Part shown: in pieces, positions 58,103-64,000 of the stretch
Numbering within the stretch: position 1 is the stretch's first letter
Layout of the letters: every line of letters starts with the position of its first letter
NCBI GenBank assembly: GCA_041659685.1
Contig: JBAZXV010000007.1
Location: forward strand, 6,348-70,347
From: Parcubacteria group bacterium
Lineage (GTDB): Bacteria; Patescibacteriota; Minisyncoccia; Moranbacterales; UBA11712
Length of the DNA: 64,000 bases
Direction of reading: 5' to 3'
Notes under the pieces: model-generated
Database searches by the model: none
What the model saw: only the letters and a program-made list of their open reading frames with translations
What the model was told of the DNA's origin: nothing
Program-made: the position numbers and the translations under genes

Positions 58103-59185
58103 ATGTTCAATTTGTTCGGTTCAAAAAATAGATGTCTGGGATTGGATATCGGGACAACCGGCGTCAAATCAGTAGAATTGAAAAAAGAAGGGAATATGCC
58201 GGTGCTTGTTAATTATGCCATATCTTATGATTCGGGATCCCTTCTGCAGTCCAGCGATCTCGAGATACTGGACGGGCAGACAAAAGAAATAGTGCTGGGA
58301 ATAGTAAAAAAAGCGGGATTTAAGGGAAATCGCGTGGTAGTCGGAATTCCGGGTTTTTTGGCCCTGATATCTTTTATGGAAATCCCTGAAATGCCGAAGA
58401 ATGAAATCGACCAAGCCGTGCGATTTGAAGCGAATAAATATATCCCCACGCCCATTGAAGAAGTAAGTCTCGGATGGGATATTATCGGGAGCTACCAGGA
58501 GAAACCTCTTGAAGGCGGCCAGGTCACCAAACAGAAGCAAAAACTTCAAATAATGGTTGTGACTGTTCCCAACAACGCAGTGGCAAAATTAACCACTATT
58601 GCGAAGGAATCCGGACTGTCTCCGATTGCGATGGAAGTGGAAAACTTTGCGACCGTCCGGTGTCTTGTGGGCAACGACAAGGGGACATTTATGATCGTAA
58701 ACATGGGAGCCAAGGCGACCGATCTCACGATTGTCAGTGACGGGATAGTGCGAGTGACAAGGAGCATCGACGTGGGAGGAGCGGAGATTTCGAGGTCTCT
58801 TGCCAGTGGGCTCGGGATAGACCTGGAACGGGCAGACAAACTCAAGAAGTCTTCTCAAATAGACTTGACCAATCCGAATGACAAATTATCCGGCCTTGTG
58901 GGGCCGGTGATTGGAATGGTTATCGACGAAGTAAAGAGGCTCAGGGAGATTTATCATAAAAAAAATCCCATAAAGAAAATCGAAAAGCTGATTTTTACAG
59001 GAGGAACTTCGAAATTGTCCAGCCTTCTGGACTATTTTGCCAGTGAATTATCCATCGAATGTCAAATGGGGAATTCGCTTGCCAGAGTCGCGGTTGATAA
59101 AAAATACCAGGAAGTAACGGAAAATGTGGCTCCGGAGCTGACAGTGGCTATCGGTTTGGCATTGAGGGGTATTGAGAGCACCTGA
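58103..59185 (+). CDS. pilM: type IV pilus assembly protein PilM (second copy)
   Basis: CLGLDIGTTGVKSVEL actin-like N-terminus; 360 aa. Confidence 0.85.
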   Translation: MFNLFGSKNRCLGLDIGTTGVKSVELKKEGNMPVLVNYAISYDSGSLLQSSDLEILDGQTKEIVLGIVKKAGFKGNRVVVGIPGFLALISFMEIPEMPKNEIDQAVRFEANKYIPTPIEEVSLGWDIIGSYQEKPLEGGQVTKQKQKLQIMVVTVPNNAVAKLTTIAKESGLSPIAMEVENFATVRCLVGNDKGTFMIVNMGAKATDLTIVSDGIVRVTRSIDVGGAEISRSLASGLGIDLERADKLKKSSQIDLTNPNDKLSGLVGPVIGMVIDEVKRLREIYHKKNPIKKIEKLIFTGGTSKLSSLLDYFASELSIECQMGNSLARVAVDKKYQEVTENVAPELTVAIGLALRGIEST

Positions 59186-59262
59186 GCAATATTAGTTTGA
59201 TAAAAGAGCCGCTTACTGGTAAAATTCAGCCAAGATCAATAAGTTTTAAATAAAAATAAAAA

Positions 59263-59817
59263 ATGGTTACAAATATTAATCTGGTTGCGCCGGAATCTGA
59301 AAATAAGTCTCCGCTAACCGGAAAATCAGCCTTAACATTTTCTATTTTATTAATAGTCGTTGTTTTTCTTGCCTATGGGGCGATTCTTTATTTTGGGAAT
59401 AGCTATTCAAAGCAGAATAGCGAAGTGCAAAGATCAATAACTCAGGAAAAAGCAAAAATGGCCGGTCAAACTTATTCCGATCTTTATGATTTTCAGGAAA
59501 GGCTTATTCTTTTGGATAAAGTTACAAATGATCACGCTTACTGGGACCGTTTCTTCAGAGACTTTAGCCGGTATTTTATTCCCGAGGTTCGTTTGACGGA
59601 TTTTTCGTTTGATGAAAAAGAAGGAATTTTAGATGTTAAGGGAATTGCCGCTAATTTTGAAATGCTGTCCCGCGAGGTCATACTTCTTAAAAGCTATCCC
59701 GGATCGGAAAGCGTTGAATTCAAGAACTCTTCCGAAAAAACATCCGGCGAAAACGGGCAAGGAGGCGTTGAATTCGATGTTACTGTGAAATTAAACGACT
59801 CTGTTTTAAAAAAATAA
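59263..59817 (+). CDS. PilN-like bitopic protein
   Basis: 184 aa, single TM, position after pilM. Confidence 0.5.
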   Translation: MVTNINLVAPESENKSPLTGKSALTFSILLIVVVFLAYGAILYFGNSYSKQNSEVQRSITQEKAKMAGQTYSDLYDFQERLILLDKVTNDHAYWDRFFRDFSRYFIPEVRLTDFSFDEKEGILDVKGIAANFEMLSREVILLKSYPGSESVEFKNSSEKTSGENGQGGVEFDVTVKLNDSVLKK

Positions 59818-59826
59818 TAAAAAAAA

Positions 59827-60657
59827 ATGGTTAATAAAATAACCGGAATAAAGGTATTGATTGTTCCTGTAACAGTCGGCATATCTCTGCTCGTGAGTAT
59901 TTTGTTTGTAAAACCGGCCTTTGACGATATGCAGACACAAAGAAAAAAGAGGTCAGAAATCGAAAAGCAACTCACCGATCTTGAAGGGCAAAATAAAAAA
60001 TTGTCTGAGCTAAAGGCAAAATGGGACTCGATGGCCGATGACAAATCATTGGTGGAAGGCGCATTGCCTAATGATGCGAGCATGGACAGCTATATATACG
60101 AACTCAATGAGCGCGCCAGCAGAAGCGGCATATTGATTAACAGCGTATCCGCGAAGGAAAAAACCTCCGGCCTGGAAGATTATTTTTGCGGGAAGGAAAA
60201 GGGGGCTATAGTTTCTTCCGCAAACAGCTCGTCTGATGATGAATCTTCGGGAAACGGCGCCGGTTCGGGTTCTAAGGCGGTAGGCGGCATACAGCCTTCC
60301 TCTTCCTGCGTAAAAGGTTATTCTCTTGACCTGGTGGTAACGGGAAACTGGGAGCAAATAGTTAATTTTTTCAAATACCTGGAGGATACGAATCGAATGG
60401 CGAATATAAGCTCCATTGCCATTAAAAGCAATCCGTCAGGCCAGCCAGGCGAAAGCAATGACTTATTGTCGACGACAATAGGGTTGTCCGTATTTTACAG
60501 AGCAAAGAGCGAAGTCAGCAACTCCAGCATTATCAGCAGCTTGGCAAGCGGCGAAGGTTTTGAAGAAAACGTCATTAAAAAACTAAACAATATCGTATTC
60601 TCTCCGTATGTCGCTCCTTCAATTTCTGAATCGGGAGAGAGAAATATTTTTAAATAA
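59827..60657 (+). CDS. PilO-like bitopic protein
   Basis: 276 aa, single TM plus coiled coil, position. Confidence 0.45.
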   Translation: MVNKITGIKVLIVPVTVGISLLVSILFVKPAFDDMQTQRKKRSEIEKQLTDLEGQNKKLSELKAKWDSMADDKSLVEGALPNDASMDSYIYELNERASRSGILINSVSAKEKTSGLEDYFCGKEKGAIVSSANSSSDDESSGNGAGSGSKAVGGIQPSSSCVKGYSLDLVVTGNWEQIVNFFKYLEDTNRMANISSIAIKSNPSGQPGESNDLLSTTIGLSVFYRAKSEVSNSSIISSLASGEGFEENVIKKLNNIVFSPYVAPSISESGERNIFK

Positions 60658-60765
60658 TACTTACCCGCTCATTTTTCCTTAGCTGCGAGATATTGGCAAT
60701 TGAATTTTATTTTTGCCGCGCGAAAATAAAAGAATGAGGAAAGAGGGGGCAGGAAGAAAACGGAA

Positions 60766-62373
60766 ATGGCAGAAGAAAAAAAGGACGGAAAAGATTCATT
60801 GGAGGAAATAGATTGGGCAAGCCTGAAGGTTACGCCTGATATCATAAATCTAGTTCCCTATGAGGCGGCTAAGAAATATAAGTTTGTTCCTCTGGAAAAA
60901 GACGGAAAGGCTCTAAGGGTCGGCGTAGTGGATATAGATGACATTGAAGTTCAAAATGCTCTCCAGTTTTTAGCTGAAAAAAACAGGCTAAGCGTGGAAT
61001 TAATTAAGATTTCCGAGAAGGACTTTAAGACGGCGCTCGAAGCATATACCAGTCCAACCTTCACCATTTCTCAGGCGTTGGAGTCAATCAGCAAAGAAGA
61101 GAAAGCCCAAAAAATAGGGAAAGAAGAGGTTTTTGGGATATCGCAGGAAGAGATATTGAGGGATGCTCCGGTGGCGAAAATCGTCGAAGTGATATTGAGA
61201 AATGCAATCGAAGGACTAGCTTCCGATATACACATCGAACCGCTTGAAGATAATGTGAGAGTGCGGTATAGGCAGGATGGAATACTGCATAATTCCCTGG
61301 TTCTTCCCAAAAAAATAGGCCCGGCAATTGTTTCCCGAATAAAAATTCTTTCCAACCTGAAAATTGACGAAAAAAGAAAACCTCAGGATGGGCGATTCAG
61401 GGTCATCGAAAAGGGAAAACAAATTGATCTCAGGGTTTCATCCCTTCCCGTATCGATGGGCGAGAAAGTGGTAATGCGCGTTCTCGACAAAGAAAAAGGG
61501 CTTATCGACCTTGAAGATCTCGGGGTGCGGGGTAGAAACTATGAAATCATAAAGGGCAGTATTTTTGAGCCTTACGGAATGATCCTCATTACGGGCCCGA
61601 CCGGTTCCGGAAAATCAACGACTCTCTATTCTATCCTCAAGATACTGAACAGGGAGGGCGTGAATATCGTTACGCTTGAAGACCCGGTGGAGTACGCGAT
61701 TGAAGGAGTTAATCAAAGCCAGGTCAAGCCGGAAATCGGATATACTTTTGCCGCCGGACTGAGATCAATTCTCCGCCAGGACCCGGATATCATAATGGTC
61801 GGGGAAATCCGGGATAAGGAAACGGCGGAGCTTGCAGTACATGCGGCGCTTACGGGGCACGTTGTTCTTTCCACTCTTCACACGAATGATTCCATAGGCG
61901 CTATTCCGCGGCTGATCGACATGGGTGTTGAGGCATTTCTGATTTCTTCTGCTCTGCGAACGATTGTCGCCCAGAGGCTGGTAAGGAGAATTTGTCCTTT
62001 TTGCAAAGAAGAGATGAAAGTCAGCGAAGCGATGAAAGTCACAATGGAAAATGCTTTGGCGCAAATTCCTGAAGAAGATAAAAAGGATCTCGATTTGTCC
62101 GGAGGGGTGAAAGCATATAAAGGCAAGGGGTGCCCCAAGTGTGGAGGATCCGGAACAAAAGGAAGACTCGGGATATTTGAAGTGTTTTATGTTGACAGCG
62201 AGGTGGCGAATCTGATGGGGGAAAGGGTTGAAGAGGATGATCTGCGGGAAATAGCAAAAAAACAAAAAATGATCTCAATGAAACAAGACGGAGTTTTAAA
62301 GGCAATCAGAGGGGAGACAACCATGGAAGAGGTGGAAAGAGTGACTGAAGAAGGATTTCTCGAAGTTGATTAA
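60766..62373 (+). CDS. pilB: GspE/PilB-family T4P assembly ATPase (second paralog)
   Basis: Walker A GPTGSGKSTT, tetracysteine CPFC...CPKCGG; 535 aa. Confidence 0.9.
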   Translation: MAEEKKDGKDSLEEIDWASLKVTPDIINLVPYEAAKKYKFVPLEKDGKALRVGVVDIDDIEVQNALQFLAEKNRLSVELIKISEKDFKTALEAYTSPTFTISQALESISKEEKAQKIGKEEVFGISQEEILRDAPVAKIVEVILRNAIEGLASDIHIEPLEDNVRVRYRQDGILHNSLVLPKKIGPAIVSRIKILSNLKIDEKRKPQDGRFRVIEKGKQIDLRVSSLPVSMGEKVVMRVLDKEKGLIDLEDLGVRGRNYEIIKGSIFEPYGMILITGPTGSGKSTTLYSILKILNREGVNIVTLEDPVEYAIEGVNQSQVKPEIGYTFAAGLRSILRQDPDIIMVGEIRDKETAELAVHAALTGHVVLSTLHTNDSIGAIPRLIDMGVEAFLISSALRTIVAQRLVRRICPFCKEEMKVSEAMKVTMENALAQIPEEDKKDLDLSGGVKAYKGKGCPKCGGSGTKGRLGIFEVFYVDSEVANLMGERVEEDDLREIAKKQKMISMKQDGVLKAIRGETTMEEVERVTEEGFLEVD

Positions 62374-62396
62374 TTTATATTTAATATTCAACCATC

Positions 62397-62771
62397 ATGA
62401 ATAAAAAAAGAATATTGATAGTTGAAGACGACAATTTTGTGGCGGAAGTATATTCCACCAAACTTTTGGAAATGGGCCATGATGTGACCATTGCCCAGAA
62501 TGGGGAAGAGGGCCTGAGCGCAATTGGAAATAGCGTTCCTGACTTGATTCTTCTCGACATCATAATGCCGGTTATGGGAGGAATAGAAATGCTTGAAGAG
62601 CTGAAAAAAAACGAAGAATGGAAAAAAATTCCGGTGATCCTGCTCACAAATGTCGGAGAGAAAGAAAGCATTCAAAAAGTGCAAAGTCTTGGCGTGCAGG
62701 ACTATCTAATAAAATCCCACTTCACTCCTGCGGAAGTAATTGAGAAAATAGAAGCACTTCTGGGAAAATAA
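62397..62771 (+). CDS. CheY-like single-domain response regulator (PilH/PilG-like)
   Basis: ILIVEDD..LILLDIIMP..DYLIKS receiver motifs; 124 aa. Confidence 0.85.
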   Translation: MNKKRILIVEDDNFVAEVYSTKLLEMGHDVTIAQNGEEGLSAIGNSVPDLILLDIIMPVMGGIEMLEELKKNEEWKKIPVILLTNVGEKESIQKVQSLGVQDYLIKSHFTPAEVIEKIEALLGK

Positions 62772-62798
62772 TGCATTCAGATAAAATAAATTCGATTT

Positions 62799-63875
62799 AT
62801 GGAAAATAAAACCCAAACAGAAGCAAAATTCAACAGCTATCTGGAGATGGTCGCTCAGCAGGGAGCTTCGGACTTGCACTTGAGCGTAGGCCGTCCTCCC
62901 GTCGTGCGAATAGATGGAAAGCTTTATCCTGTCTCGGGAGAAGGGAAGCTCTCCGAACAAGTAATGATTAATATTGCGGATACGATTTTAAACGAGGAGC
63001 AAAGAGATAAATTAAAAAAAGAAAGGCAGGTTGACTTTTCGGTCAGTCTTGGGGACAAGGCTCGTTTTCGCGCCAATTTATATTATCAAAAAGGCTTTAT
63101 AAGCGCTGCTTTTCGCATGATTCCGACAAAAATAAGGACTCTTGAAGAGCTGGGCATGCCTCCTTTGCTTTACGAACTTACAAAAAAATCCCAGGGATTT
63201 GTCCTTATCACCGGACCGTGCGGGCATGGAAAATCAACGACATTGGCAGCCCTTGTCGACAATATCAATCACAGCCGTCAAGACCACATCATAACAATTG
63301 AAGACCCGATAGAATATCTTTTCGAGCCCGATATGTGCATAATCGATCAAAGGGAAGTGTTTCAGGATGCGGCTAGTTTTCATACGGCGCTCAGAGCGGT
63401 ATTTCGGGAAGACGCCGACGTGGTAATGGTCGGGGAAATGCGTGACATGGAAACCATCAGTACGGCAATTACGGCGGCTGAAACAGGTCATCTTATTTTT
63501 GCAACGCTTCACACAAACGATGCCGCTCAAACAATAGACAGAATCGTCGATGTATTTCCGGCTCATCAGCAAAATCAAATAAGGCTCCAACTTGCGCAGA
63601 CTCTTTTGGGAATAGTTTCGCAAAGATTGGTGAACAGGGTTGACGGAGGAAGGATTCCGGCGGTGGAAATATTATATAATACGAATGCGGTGGCTAATCT
63701 GATCAGAGAGGGTAAAACTCATCAAATTAATCTGGTAATCCAAACTTCCAGGGAAAAGGGGATGGTTCCTCTCAATCACTCTTTGGCTGATCTCGTAAAA
63801 ATGGGTGTAATTTCACTGGAGGAAGCGGAGACTTATTCCACAAACAAGGAAGAACTAAAAATTCTCTTAAGATAG
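62799..63875 (+). CDS. pilT: twitching motility ATPase PilT
   Basis: 358 aa; Walker A GPCGHGKSTT; PilT-type HTNDAAQTIDRI motif. Confidence 0.9.
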   Translation: MENKTQTEAKFNSYLEMVAQQGASDLHLSVGRPPVVRIDGKLYPVSGEGKLSEQVMINIADTILNEEQRDKLKKERQVDFSVSLGDKARFRANLYYQKGFISAAFRMIPTKIRTLEELGMPPLLYELTKKSQGFVLITGPCGHGKSTTLAALVDNINHSRQDHIITIEDPIEYLFEPDMCIIDQREVFQDAASFHTALRAVFREDADVVMVGEMRDMETISTAITAAETGHLIFATLHTNDAAQTIDRIVDVFPAHQQNQIRLQLAQTLLGIVSQRLVNRVDGGRIPAVEILYNTNAVANLIREGKTHQINLVIQTSREKGMVPLNHSLADLVKMGVISLEEAETYSTNKEELKILLR

Positions 63876-63881
63876 GTTTTT

Positions 63882-64000
63882 ATGAAATACAAATACAAAG
63901 CCAGGAATCAGGCCGGCGGAATCCAGGAAGGAATCGTGGAGGCTACTACCATGAGCAACGCGACAGCCGTCCTTCAGCAGCATAATTTGGTGGTGGTCCT
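63882..64000 (+). CDS. pilC: type IV pilus platform protein PilC/GspF, N-terminal fragment (runs off window)
   Basis: MKYKYKARNQAGGIQEGIVEATTMSNATAVLQQHNL matches the GspF N-terminus. Confidence 0.6.
   Translation, partial: MKYKYKARNQAGGIQEGIVEATTMSNATAVLQQHNLVVV

Overview
This 64-kb window is a gene-dense, low-GC bacterial chromosome segment. It is dominated by two type IV pilus (T4P) assembly clusters (pilB, pilC, pilM-pilN-pilO twice, pilT, pilin-like proteins, CheY-like regulators) and housekeeping genes: trpS, secG, rnj, uvrA, groEL with an upstream CIRCE-like operator, purH, recG, tsaD, HU and Hsp20. The gene content, the small proteins and the many tRNAs suggest a Patescibacteria/CPR-like organism, but that is inference only. 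A GDP-mannose pathway cluster is present: a putative SIS/PMI-like isomerase, an RHH-fused nucleotidyltransferase paralog, manC, an epimerase and a phosphomannomutase. A cell-envelope glycosylation block contains a GT4 transferase, a GT-C/ArnT-like membrane transferase and an esterase. Ten tRNA genes were found: Leu(CAG), Arg(TCG), Glu(TTC), Arg(TCT), Lys(CTT), His(GTG), Arg(GCG), Ser(TGA), Ser(GCT), plus a disrupted partial tRNA-Glu copy. The most unusual region is the tRNA-Glu locus at 47.1-50.1 kb: a truncated, hairpin-disrupted 5' copy of tRNA-Glu, a free-standing GIY-YIG endonuclease gene and the intact tRNA-Glu are followed by a four-gene module with no assigned pathway (MerR-type HTH fused to a GHKL anti-sigma-kinase-like ATPase, a STAS/DUF4325-like partner, a coiled-coil protein and an HD phosphohydrolase), with 3 tandem 10-bp repeats over its promoter. 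Other points worth a second look: a stand-alone LAGLIDADG endonuclease gene co-oriented with two tRNA-Ser genes; tRNA 3'-end direct repeats and a tRNA-like minihelix that resemble old integration scars; a conserved ~100-bp leader/promoter module duplicated upstream of two unrelated small membrane-protein genes; and an inverted-repeat-flanked insert sharing a 20-mer palindromic motif with the tRNA-Glu disruption. No CRISPR array or rRNA was found. All calls rest on motifs recognised by eye and the supplied ORF track; no database searches were run.
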